Assembly: GCA_035539575.1 (NCBI GenBank)
Contig: DATLIF010000338.1
Coordinates: forward strand, 1-41,633
DNA: 41,633 nucleotides
Reading direction: 5' to 3'
Origin: Fimbriiglobus sp.
GTDB lineage: Bacteria; Planctomycetota; Planctomycetia; Gemmatales; Gemmataceae
This document shows positions 24,944-34,200 of this stretch, piece after piece. The notes beneath the pieces were generated by a model. It searched no databases. It was given only the letters and a program-made list of their open reading frames with translations, and was not told the origin of the DNA. A program made the translations under genes and the position numbers. Each line of letters opens with the position of its first letter. Position 1 is the first letter of the stretch.

Positions 24944-27160
24944 TCACTTCAGGATCACCACCTCCACCTTGCCGTACCGGTCGAGGATGTTCACCCCGAC
25001 GTCTCCACCGTGCCGGTGGAGCCGGACATCGATCGAACCGTCGCCGACGCGCAGCTTGCGGATGTGGACCTCGTTGAGCCAGTCCGGCAGCAGGGGGATG
25101 TCCAGGTGGACTCGCCCCTCCGCGGCCTGGATGCGCAGCCCCAGGCAAGATTGCAATAGCAGGAACGCGGCCCCGGACGCCCACGCCTGCGGGGAACACG
25201 CCACGGGATAAAGCGTCGGCCCCTCACCGGTCCGCCGGCCGAACCCGCAAAACAGCTCCGGCAACCGCCGCAACTCGACGAACAGGCTGGCGTCGAACAA
25301 TCCGGTGAACACCTTCAGCACCGCCTCCTTGAGGCGATACCGGGACATGCCGGCCCCGATCAGGGCGTTGTCGTGCGGCCAGACCGACCCGTTGTGGTAC
25401 GACATCGGGTTGTATCGGGCCTCGCCCTCGGCCACCGTCCGTACGCCCCAGCCGGAGAACGAGCGGTCGGCCAGGAGGGTGCCGGCGGTCCGCAGGGCCC
25501 GGTCCGGGGTCGCGATGCCGGCGTACAGGCAGTGCCCCGGGTTGGAGCTGCGGACCCGGCACGGCCGCTTCTGCCCGTCCAGCGCCAGTGCGTAAGTGCC
25601 CAGGTCGTCGCACCAGAAGGCCCGCTCGAATCGTTCGCGGAGGTCCTCCGCCTGCCGCTCCAACTCGGTCGCCCGGGCCGGGTGCCCCAGCCGGCCCGCC
25701 AGTCCGGCCGCCGCGCGCCGCGCCGCGTAGACGTACCCCTGCACCTCGCACAGCGCGATCGGGCCGTCCGCCGGACTGCCGTCCGCGTGAAACACCGAGT
25801 CGTGCGAGTCCTTCCACCCCTGCTGGACGAGCCCGTCGGCCGACCGGCGGTGGTACTCGACGAACCCGTCCTCGTCCGGGTCGCCGTACTCGTCGATCCA
25901 ACTCAGGGCCTGCTCGACGTTCGGCCAGATGGACTCGACGAACGCCCGGTCGGCGGTTCGCTCGTCGTACGCCCCGGCCAGCATCACGAACAGCGGGGTG
26001 GAGTCCACACTGCCGTAGTACCGGCCGAACGGGATCTCCCCGAGGGCGGCCATCTCGCCCTGTCGTGTCTCGTGCAGGATCTTGCCCGGCTCGGCGTCCT
26101 GTTCCGGGATCAGGGCGTCGGCCTGGGTGGCGGCCAGGTAGCCGAGGACGCCCCGCGCCACGTCGGGATCGGCCCAGAGAACCTGGAGGGCGGTGATGAT
26201 CCCGTCCCGGCCGAACGGGGTGCTGAACCACGGCACCCCGGCATACGGGTACAGGCCGTGGGGCGTCGGGGAGACCATCATGCTCAGGTCCGCCTGGCTG
26301 CGGTTGAGCCAGTCGTTGAACAGCTCGTTGTCGGTGTAGACGGTGCAGGCCCGTTCTCGGGCGGCCCGGACGCTCTGCGCCGCCTGGACCAGCGCGGGCT
26401 CGTAGCCGACGGGGTTCGGTCGGCGGTCGCCGGTCTCACAGGTGACGGCAAAGTGAACTGTTGCCTCCCCGTGAGGGGCCAACTGAACGCGGAACTGGGC
26501 GTCAGCGCCGGTGAGCCGCTCCGGCGGCGGGTCGAACGCCAGCCGGGTCCGCCGGACGACGCCGTCAAGCCCTTCGTACCCGAGGGCCACGCTCGCGCCC
26601 TCGACCGCGGGCGGGAGGTCTCGCCCCCGCCGGGGCCGCGTCGTGCCGCGAACCTCGAAGATGTCCGCGTAGTCCGCCTCGAAGTGGAAGGAGAACGTGA
26701 CCTCGATCGGGTCGCCGCCATAGTTCCGCAGCCGCACCCGCTGCTGGCAGGCGGCCTGCCACACCACGATCCCGCGGAAGACGTGGACCGTGCCCCGCGG
26801 CACGGTGATCCGGTCGCCGTCCCGGGCGTCGGGGTTGGTCAGGTCCACGGCCAGCAGGAGGTTGTCCTCCTTGGTGGTGGAGCTGAGGAACAGCGGCCGG
26901 TCGCGGCCCAGGCGGAACACCAGCCGCGACAGGAACCGGGTCCCCTCGTGGTAGAGACCCTGTTCGCGCATGCCGACCGGGCGGATGTCGCCGTGGTTGT
27001 CGAAAACGGCGAACGTGTCCCCTTGTTTGAGCACGCGGTCGCGCTCGCCGCCCGGCGGGGCGGGCGCGGTCACGTAGTAGGGATCGTCGTGGGCCAGGCC
27101 GCCGTCGGCTCCGACGGCCGCACCGATCTGGGCCACACCGCCGCTGGACTCGTCGCTCAT
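24944..27160 (-). CDS. Amylo-alpha-1,6-glucosidase / glycogen-debranching-enzyme-like protein (GDE N-terminal plus GDE_C-type (alpha/alpha)6 domain)
   Basis: GDTFAVFDNHGDI, GLYHEGTRFLS, YAGVPWFSTPFGRDGIITALQ, EPGKILHE, VEYHRRS..GLVQQGWKDS, YHNGSVWPHDNA. The motifs and their order match this family. I prefer Met 27160, which is preceded by a GGGAGGGG Shine-Dalgarno-like run. Confidence 0.85.
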   Translation of the reverse strand: MSDESSGGVAQIGAAVGADGGLAHDDPYYVTAPAPPGGERDRVLKQGDTFAVFDNHGDIRPVGMREQGLYHEGTRFLSRLVFRLGRDRPLFLSSTTKEDNLLLAVDLTNPDARDGDRITVPRGTVHVFRGIVVWQAACQQRVRLRNYGGDPIEVTFSFHFEADYADIFEVRGTTRPRRGRDLPPAVEGASVALGYEGLDGVVRRTRLAFDPPPERLTGADAQFRVQLAPHGEATVHFAVTCETGDRRPNPVGYEPALVQAAQSVRAARERACTVYTDNELFNDWLNRSQADLSMMVSPTPHGLYPYAGVPWFSTPFGRDGIITALQVLWADPDVARGVLGYLAATQADALIPEQDAEPGKILHETRQGEMAALGEIPFGRYYGSVDSTPLFVMLAGAYDERTADRAFVESIWPNVEQALSWIDEYGDPDEDGFVEYHRRSADGLVQQGWKDSHDSVFHADGSPADGPIALCEVQGYVYAARRAAAGLAGRLGHPARATELERQAEDLRERFERAFWCDDLGTYALALDGQKRPCRVRSSNPGHCLYAGIATPDRALRTAGTLLADRSFSGWGVRTVAEGEARYNPMSYHNGSVWPHDNALIGAGMSRYRLKEAVLKVFTGLFDASLFVELRRLPELFCGFGRRTGEGPTLYPVACSPQAWASGAAFLLLQSCLGLRIQAAEGRVHLDIPLLPDWLNEVHIRKLRVGDGSIDVRLHRHGGDVGVNILDRYGKVEVVILK

Positions 27161-27274
27161 GTCCCCTCCCTGGGGCGAACTCGCCCCGGTCGGGGGCACG
27201 CGGCTATTAATAGAGCCGATACGCCGCTTCCGGACAGCGTTACGTCCGTCTCACCCACGTCGAAGGAGTTCGCC

Positions 27275-28378
27275 GTGAGGATCGCACAGGTCGCGCCGCT
27301 TTATGAGTCCGTCCCCCCGAAGCTCTACGGCGGTACGGAACGGGTCGTCTCCTACCTGACCGAGGAACTGGTCCGGCAGGGCCACGAGGTCGCCCTGTTC
27401 GCCAGCGGCGACTCGATCACGCGGGCCGAGTTGGTCCCGGCCTGTCCGCGGGCGCTGCGGCTGGACGAGGCGTGCGTGGACCGGCTGGCCCCGCACTTCG
27501 TGATGCTCGAGCGGGTCCTCCGGCAGGCGCACCGGTTCGACGTGATTCACTTCCACATCGACTACCTGCACTACCCGCTGTCGCGGCGGCAGTCGGTCGC
27601 GCACGTCACCACCCTGCACGGCCGGCTCGATCTGCCGGAACTGCCGGCCCTGTACGACATCTTCCCGGACGTACCGGTCGTCTCCATCTCCGACGCGCAG
27701 CGGCGTCCGCTGCCGCAGGCAAACTGGCAGGCGACCGTCTACCACGGGCTGCCAGACACGCTCCGCCTACGCGAGCGGCCGGGTGATTACCTGGCGTTCC
27801 TCGGCCGCATCTCCCCGGAGAAGCGGGTTGATCGCGCCGTCGAGATCGCCCGCCGGGCCGGCATGAAACTGAAGGTGGCGGCGAAGATCGACGCCGTCGA
27901 TCGGGACTACTTCCGTGCGGAGGTCGAGCCGTTATTCCGCGACCCGATGGTGGAGTACGTCGGCGAAATCGGCGAGCGGGACAAGGGCGAGTTTCTGGGG
28001 AACGCGCACGCGCTGCTGTTCCCGATCGACTGGCCGGAGCCGTTCGGGCTGGTGATGATCGAGGCGATGGCGTGCGGCACCCCGGTGGTTGCGTACCGGC
28101 GCGGGTCGGTCCCGGAGGTGATCGACGACGGGGTGACCGGCTTCGTGGTCGAGGACGTCGAGGAGGCGGTCCTGGCCGTCGCGAAGGCCGGGTTCCTGGA
28201 CCGGGCGCGGGTCCGCCGGGTGTTCGACGAGCGGTTCAGCGCGGCCCGGATGGCGAGCGACTACGTGGCGGTCTACCGTCGGTTGATCGCCGGCCGGGCG
28301 GGCGTGGCCCGAGTCCGCGCCCCGGCGGCTAACAGCAAGTTCCGCGTGCGCCCCACCGCCACGGCGGCCGGGTCGTAG
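27275..28378 (+). CDS. Glycosyltransferase family 4 (GT-B, group 1)
   Basis: This is the real 3' part of the 1001-aa track ORF. GTG 27275 lies 7 nt after AAGGAG. RIAQVAPLYESVPPKLYGGTERVVSYLTEELVRQGHEV, FLGRISPEKR, PEPFGLVMIEAMACGTPV (E-x7-E region). Confidence 0.9.
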   Translation: MRIAQVAPLYESVPPKLYGGTERVVSYLTEELVRQGHEVALFASGDSITRAELVPACPRALRLDEACVDRLAPHFVMLERVLRQAHRFDVIHFHIDYLHYPLSRRQSVAHVTTLHGRLDLPELPALYDIFPDVPVVSISDAQRRPLPQANWQATVYHGLPDTLRLRERPGDYLAFLGRISPEKRVDRAVEIARRAGMKLKVAAKIDAVDRDYFRAEVEPLFRDPMVEYVGEIGERDKGEFLGNAHALLFPIDWPEPFGLVMIEAMACGTPVVAYRRGSVPEVIDDGVTGFVVEDVEEAVLAVAKAGFLDRARVRRVFDERFSAARMASDYVAVYRRLIAGRAGVARVRAPAANSKFRVRPTATAAGS

Positions 28379-28430
28379 GCCCCGAAAATGGACCGATCCG
28401 CTCGGTGTGGCCCCGGGCGGGCGGTCCGGG

Positions 28431-28436
28431 TATAAT
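28431..28436 (+). promoter_or_regulatory. Candidate -10 hexamer (perfect TATAAT) upstream of the Ser/Thr kinase gene
   Basis: A perfect TATAAT in an otherwise GC-rich 144-bp intergenic region, 87 nt before ATG 28523. The -35 position (TGGCCC, 28408-28413) is a poor match. A sequence match is the only evidence. Confidence 0.2.
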
Positions 28437-28522
28437 CCGTGTGGTCAATTTGCCGGACGGCGCCCCGTTTGTTCGCCCCCGTCTCGCCCGTCCGTCGCCT
28501 GTACCGCCGGAGAACTCGCCGC

Positions 28523-29767
28523 ATGTCGGACCCCCGTCCGCCCTCGGTCCCGGAGACGGGCCCCACACCTGTCACGCCACCGGCCGCGGAGGATGGCGCG
28601 ATCGGTCTGCACGCGCCCCAGGACCGGGCCAAGATCCCCCGCAAGTTCGGCCGATACCGGATCCAGGACTGCCTCGGCCGCGGCGGCATGGGCGCGGTCT
28701 TCCGGGCGCACGACACCCAGCTTGACCGGTCGGTGGCCTTGAAGGTCCCGTTCCTGAGCGGCGACGACGCGGCCACGCGGGAGCGGTTCTACCGGGAAGC
28801 CCGTGCCGCTGCCGCGCTGCACCACGCCAACATCTGCCCCGTGTACGACGTGGGCGAGCTTCACGGCGTCCCGTACCTGACGATGGCATTCGTCGAGGGG
28901 CGAGCGCTGTCCAAGGTGCTGGAGGCCGGCGAGTCGTTCACGCCCCGGCAGGCCGGACTTATGGTCCGCAAGCTGGCGCTGGCGATGCAGGAGGCGCACG
29001 CCCGCGGGGTGATCCACCGCGACCTCAAGCCGGCCAACGTCATCGTCCGGCCGGACGGCGAGCCGGTGGTCATGGACTTCGGCCTGGCCCGCCGGGGCGA
29101 CGACACCCACAACGAGGGGCTGACCCGCCAGGGGGACGTGATCGGCACCATCGAGTACATGTCCCCAGAGCAGTTCGAGGGAGACAACGCGGCCGTCGGC
29201 CCGGCGTCGGACGTGTACTCGCTGGGCGTGATGCTCTACGAACTGCTGACCGGCCGCCGGCCGTACGAGGGGAGTACGGCAAGCAAGATGGCGGCGATCC
29301 TGGTCAAACCGCCGCCCCGGCCCAGCGAACATCGACCGGGCCTGCCTCCGCGACTGGAGGAGATCTGCCTGACGGCGATGGCCAAGCAGCCCGCGGACCG
29401 GTACGCAACAATGACGCAGTTCGCGGTCGTGTTGACCGAATTCCTGCGGACGTTCCAGTCCGGCGCCCTGGCGCCGGTCGCGCGGTCGGCCGAGGCGCCG
29501 CCGACCCCGCGGCCCAGCGCGACCACGAAGCCGATCAAGGAAAAGCCCGTCCCACCGGAGCCCATCACCGAAGGCCCCGGATGGACACTGGTCGAGGAAG
29601 ACCCGCCGGCCCCGCCGCCACGACGATCCGCAGTCAAGCCGCGGCTGGTTTCCGACAAGAAGAAGAAGCCGCAGAAGCAGTACAACCCAGTCGTCCTCGG
29701 CGCGATCGCGCTGGCGGCGGCCTGCCTGAGCGTGATCATCGCGGCGATCATCATGAAGGTGTTCTGA
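28523..29767 (+). CDS. Ser/Thr protein kinase with a C-terminal membrane anchor
   Basis: Hanks-type motifs: GRGGMGAVF, VALKV, HRDLKPANV, DFGLAR, IEYMSPEQ. Pro-rich linker, then a C-terminal TM (VVLGAIALAAACLSVIIAAIIM). I prefer ATG 28523. Confidence 0.9.
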   Translation: MSDPRPPSVPETGPTPVTPPAAEDGAIGLHAPQDRAKIPRKFGRYRIQDCLGRGGMGAVFRAHDTQLDRSVALKVPFLSGDDAATRERFYREARAAAALHHANICPVYDVGELHGVPYLTMAFVEGRALSKVLEAGESFTPRQAGLMVRKLALAMQEAHARGVIHRDLKPANVIVRPDGEPVVMDFGLARRGDDTHNEGLTRQGDVIGTIEYMSPEQFEGDNAAVGPASDVYSLGVMLYELLTGRRPYEGSTASKMAAILVKPPPRPSEHRPGLPPRLEEICLTAMAKQPADRYATMTQFAVVLTEFLRTFQSGALAPVARSAEAPPTPRPSATTKPIKEKPVPPEPITEGPGWTLVEEDPPAPPPRRSAVKPRLVSDKKKKPQKQYNPVVLGAIALAAACLSVIIAAIIMKVF

Positions 29768-29774
29768 CGGCGCG

Positions 29775-30008
29775 TCACGCCCGGTCCTTGAGCCCCGAGA
29801 CGCCCTCGTGCTTCGCGCAATGGGCGCAGCAGTAGATCGTCCCGGCCTTCTCGACGCCGTGACCGATCACCTTGCACTCGCAGTGGGCGCAGGCCGGGGC
29901 CAGGGCGTAGATCGCGCACTCGAACGAGTCAAACGTGTGCGTCTGACCGCCCATCGTAACGGTGAATGACTTATCGTAGTCGTTCCCGCACACCTTGCAC
30001 TTTGCCAT
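29775..30008 (-). CDS. Small Cys-rich putative metal-binding protein (77 aa)
   Basis: MAKCKVCGNDYDKSFTVTMGGQTHTFDSFECAIYALAPACAHCECKVIGHGVEKAGTIYCCAHCAKHEG, with four CxxC-like pairs. Only the last 77 codons of the 364-aa track ORF are credible; the rest is antisense to the hydrolase gene. Confidence 0.7.
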   Translation of the reverse strand: MAKCKVCGNDYDKSFTVTMGGQTHTFDSFECAIYALAPACAHCECKVIGHGVEKAGTIYCCAHCAKHEGVSGLKDRA

Positions 30009-30131
30009 CGCAGAACCTCCACGGGGTACTCGCGGGCGAGTTCGGTTAGCCTGCGAGCAAGTTGCGTACCCCGACCAGGCGATCGAGGCGACCGCACCCG
30101 GCGGATCACGTTCGCCGAAGGGAGCGTTCCC

Positions 30132-30800
30132 ATGCCGACCCCGAAGCCCGACGAGGAGCCCGTCCGCGTCACCGCGGGCGGTGTCACCCTGGAGGGAAGC
30201 CTGACGGTCCCGGATCCGGCCCGCGGTGTGGTGCTGTTCGCCCACGGGTCCGGCAGCGGCCGATACAGCCCCCGTAACCGGTTCGTCGCCGGGCGGCTGA
30301 ACGACGCTGGCCTGGCCACGCTGCTCATCGACCTGCTGACCGAGGAGGAGGAGCGGGCCGAGGCGCACACCCGGCACATACGGTTCGACATTGAGTTGCT
30401 GGCCGGCCGGCTGGTCGGGGCGACCGACTGGCTGGCGGCCGACTCGCGGACAACCCGGCTTCCTGTCGGCTACTTCGGGGCGAGCACCGGCGGCGGGGCG
30501 GCCCTGGTAGCGGCCGCCCGACGGCCCGACCGGGCGGCGGCGGTCGTCTCCCGCGGCGGCCGCCCGGACCTCGCCGGCGACGCTCTGCCCCGGGTGACGG
30601 CCCCGACGCTGTTGATCGTGGGCGGCGACGACGAGCAGGTGGTCGATCTGAATGAGTGGGCACTGTCCCAACTCGGCTCGCCGGTCAAGCAACTGGTGAT
30701 CATTCCCGGTGCGGGTCATCTGTTCGAGGAGGCCGGCAAGCTGGACGAAGTCGCCCTGCTGGCAATCAGGTGGTTTGCCCGCTACCTCGCCCTGACCTGA
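30132..30800 (+). CDS. Dienelactone hydrolase-family alpha/beta hydrolase
   Basis: VVLFAHGSGSGRYSPRNRFVA, nucleophile elbow GYFGASTGGGAAL, LLIVGGDDE, PGAGHLFEE. 222 aa. Confidence 0.85.
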   Translation: MPTPKPDEEPVRVTAGGVTLEGSLTVPDPARGVVLFAHGSGSGRYSPRNRFVAGRLNDAGLATLLIDLLTEEEERAEAHTRHIRFDIELLAGRLVGATDWLAADSRTTRLPVGYFGASTGGGAALVAAARRPDRAAAVVSRGGRPDLAGDALPRVTAPTLLIVGGDDEQVVDLNEWALSQLGSPVKQLVIIPGAGHLFEEAGKLDEVALLAIRWFARYLALT

Positions 30801-31292
30801 TCGCAGTCCCAGGCCGCCCGCACGGCCCTTGGGAGTAATGCAGAGGGCATCGTCCGACGGGACGTTCACGCCAAGTGTTCGGAGCTACCCTTGTAAATCG
30901 GGGTCGAGTCTTCGAGCCTCGATCTGCAAAGCATCTCTGGATAACATCGGTTTACATTTTTGCTGGCATCTGGATTTTTTGCTTGACGCGGATTCTCTCT
31001 CCGTTTAGTTTTTGCCTCACATCTTAGTTTTTCTGTATGCGATGAGTCTCGGTGATATGCAGGGCACCCATACCCTGCGCGTCTCGCACCTGTTCTTCTT
31101 TCCTGGATTGAGTTTGCGTCGTTGTGCTTGAGTCCGGCTTCTGGGATCTTGAGTATTCAACGACAGCTTTAAGGTTCTCGCAAGCCTTGAATTGATCCAG
31201 ACTGCGCTGCGACTCGATTAGCTCGCATTCGCTTCCTGTATCGAATCTCGAGACGTTCGCTCCACGTTCCTTTCCATTCCGGAGACTCGCTC

Positions 31293-34200
31293 ATGTCGCC
31301 GTCCCACGCCCACGGTATGCGCGCCCGGTCTCGAAACGGCAAGCCGGCCCCGAAGGCCAGGCGTCGCCTCTGGGTCGAGTTCCTGGAGGACCGGACCGCG
31401 CCCTCGGGCGTGAACGGGGAGATGTGGGGTACGAACGGCATCCCGCCGTACACCTCGGGTATCAACGCTTTCCTCCCGCCGGCGATGAGCGTTCCGAATC
31501 GCGAAGGTCACTCGCTCGGCGGCGCCGCGTTCCGGCCCGTCGTCGCGCCGGGAGAAGAGAACGTGACCCGGATGGTCTGGCGCGGTCAGGAGATCGAGGT
31601 CCTGGCCGGGGAATGGATCGCCCGCTTCGACGTCGTGTCCGGCTCGCCCGCGGCCCGGCGGTCCGCCCTGGAGCAGAAGCTGTCCGGTATCGGGCTGCCG
31701 GTCAAGGTCGAGTCCGACCTCGGCGCTTCCGGTCTCTTCCAGCTCCGCGCTTCGCCGGGGGTGACTTACGAGGCCCTGGCCCGCGCGCTCTCGTCGGTCC
31801 CGGGGTATCGGTACATCGAGCCCAACGTCCTGCTGCGAGGCGCGGCCAACTTCCCGAACGACAGCCAGTTCCCGGAACTGTACGGCCTGCACAACACCGG
31901 CCAGCCGATCCTGGGTATCCCCGGCACCCCCGACGCGGACGTGGACGCCCCCGAGGCCTGGGACATCACGACCGGAAGCGCATCCGTGGTGGTGGGCGTA
32001 ATCGACAGCGGGATCGACTTCACCCACCCGGACCTGATCGACAACATCTGGACCAACCCGAACGAGATCCCCGGCAACTCGATCGATGATGATGGGAATG
32101 GATTCGTGGACGACGTCCACGGCTGGGATTTCTTCGACGGAGACAACGACCCGACCGACCAGAACGGACACGGCACCCACGTCTCGGGCACGATCGGGGC
32201 CACCGGGAACAACACGACGGGCGTCGCAGGCGTGAACTGGGACGTCAGCATCATGCCGCTGCGGTTCCTCGGGGCGTCCAACAGCGGCCCGCTCTCGGCG
32301 GCGATTGAGGCGATCAACTACGCCACCATGATGCGGCAGAGCGGGGTCAACCTCCGGGTGACGAACAACAGTTGGGGCGGTCCAGAGTTTCAGGCCCTCT
32401 TCGATGCGATCTCGGCCCACGCAGCGGCGGACATCCTGTTCATCGCCGCGGCGGGCAACGGCGGATTCGACGGGATCGGGGACGACAACGATTCGTTCCC
32501 CGCATTCCCGGCCTCGTACCCGCTGGACAACATCATCTCCGTGGCCGCCACGGACAACCAGGACCTGCGGGCGATCTTCTCGAACTACGGAGCCACGTCG
32601 GTGGACCTCGGGGCGCCGGGCGTCCTGGTGTACAGCACCGTCCCGACGTTCTTGAGCCCGACCGGGTACGCGTACTTCAACGGCACCTCGATGGCGACCC
32701 CGCACGTCGCGGGGGTCGCGGCCCTGGCCTGGAGCCTCGCCCCGGATGCCACCGCGCAGGAGATAAAGAACGCGATCCTCGCCGGGGTCGATCCGATCGC
32801 GGCGCTGAACGGGATCACGGTGACGGGCGGCCGGCTCAACGCCTTCAACACCCTGCTGGAGCTTGGCCTGTCCGTGTCTTCCACGAGCCCGGCGGCCGGC
32901 TCGGTGGTGTCCGCCCGACCGACCGAGTTCGTGGTCCACTTCTCCCATCCCTACCACCCGGACTCGATCCAGGCGGGCGACCTGACGGTCAACGGGATCA
33001 CGGCCGACTCTGTTGACCTCACCGACGAGAACACCGTGACCTTCACGTTCACGGTCAGCCCGGTCAGTGCGCAGGGGCTCCAGACGATCGCGATCGCACC
33101 CGGCGCGATCGACCCCGACGAGCCTGGCCTACCGTTCCGCGGGTATACGGGCACCTTCCGCTACGACATCTTGCCCCTGGCGGTCGTCTCGACCGGCCCG
33201 CCGACGACCGGCGGCGTGTTCACCCTCCCCGGCCCGTTCGCCTATGACGTAAGGTTCAACGAGCCGGTCGATGCGGACTCGGTCCAACCCACCGACCTGG
33301 CCCTGTCCGGCCTGCCGGGGGCGACGGCCGTCGCGGTCGCCGTTGCGGCCGACGGGCTGTCGGCCCGGTTCACGATCGCCGGGGTGAGCGGCGAAGGCAC
33401 GCTGAACGCCAGCATCGGGGCCGGCGCGATCACCGACCGGTTCGGCAACCCCGGCACAGCATTCTCGGCGAGCTACGCCGTGGACTTCGGGACGGCCCCC
33501 TACCCCGTGCCGCTGACGCCCGTCGCGCCGCGCGGCTCGCTGATCTACGACCCGGTGCAGGCCGGGACCATCGGCCAGGTCGGGGACACCGACACCTTCA
33601 CGATCACCGTGGACGCCGGCCAGACGATCACGGTGCTGGTCGAGAGTACGCCGGGCCTTCGGTCCACGGTCCGCATCACCGGGCCGGACGGCGTCGTCGT
33701 GGCCTCCACGACAGCCCCGGCCGCCGGCGACGCCGCAATCCTTCAGACCGTGCGCGTCCCCGGTCTGATCGGCGGGATCGACGCCCCGAGGACGTATCGG
33801 ATCACCGTCGGCGGCGCCGACGGCACGACGGGCGGCTACACCCTCAAGTTGGTGCTCAACGCCGCCCTGGAGTACGAGGGTTACTCCGAAACCCGCAACG
33901 ACACGCTGGTGAGCGCCCAGTCGCTCGCGGGCTCGCTTATCACCCTCCAAAATGACATCGGCGACGGGTTGAACCAGATGCCGGCCCGCGGGGCCGTGGT
34001 CGGCCGGCTCGCGGACTCGGATGTCACGGTCCCCGCAGCCCTCGAAACCGCGGACGGGAACACCAACAACGCCTGGCCGTTCCACATCGGCTTCTTCGGC
34101 CAGCCGAGCATGCGATACCAGCAGATCTATTCCGCCGGCGCGTTCAGCGACTCGGGGGTGATCGACGAGGTCCGCTTCCGCAGCAACGGCGGCGCCTTCT

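Noticed and set aside
25373-27274. The 5' two-thirds of the 1001-aa plus-strand ORF (25373-28378)
   Set aside because: It is antisense to the well-supported GDE-like gene and translates to Arg/Pro/Gly/Val-rich sequence with no motifs. Only the part from GTG 27275, preceded by AAGGAG, looks like a real protein (GT4). Long antisense ORFs are expected at this GC content.
30009-30869. The N-terminal 287 codons of the 364-aa minus-strand ORF
   Set aside because: This part is antisense to the dienelactone hydrolase gene and compositionally nonsense. Only the last 77 codons (29775-30008) form a credible Cys-rich protein.
31042-31131. 29-codon upstream ORF (MSLGDMQGTHTLRVSHLFFFPGLSLRRCA) in the AT-rich leader of the giant gene
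   Set aside because: No Shine-Dalgarno-like sequence, atypical codon usage, and a short ORF is expected by chance in AT-richer sequence. It is worth revisiting only if the leader is shown to be transcribed and the ORF is conserved.
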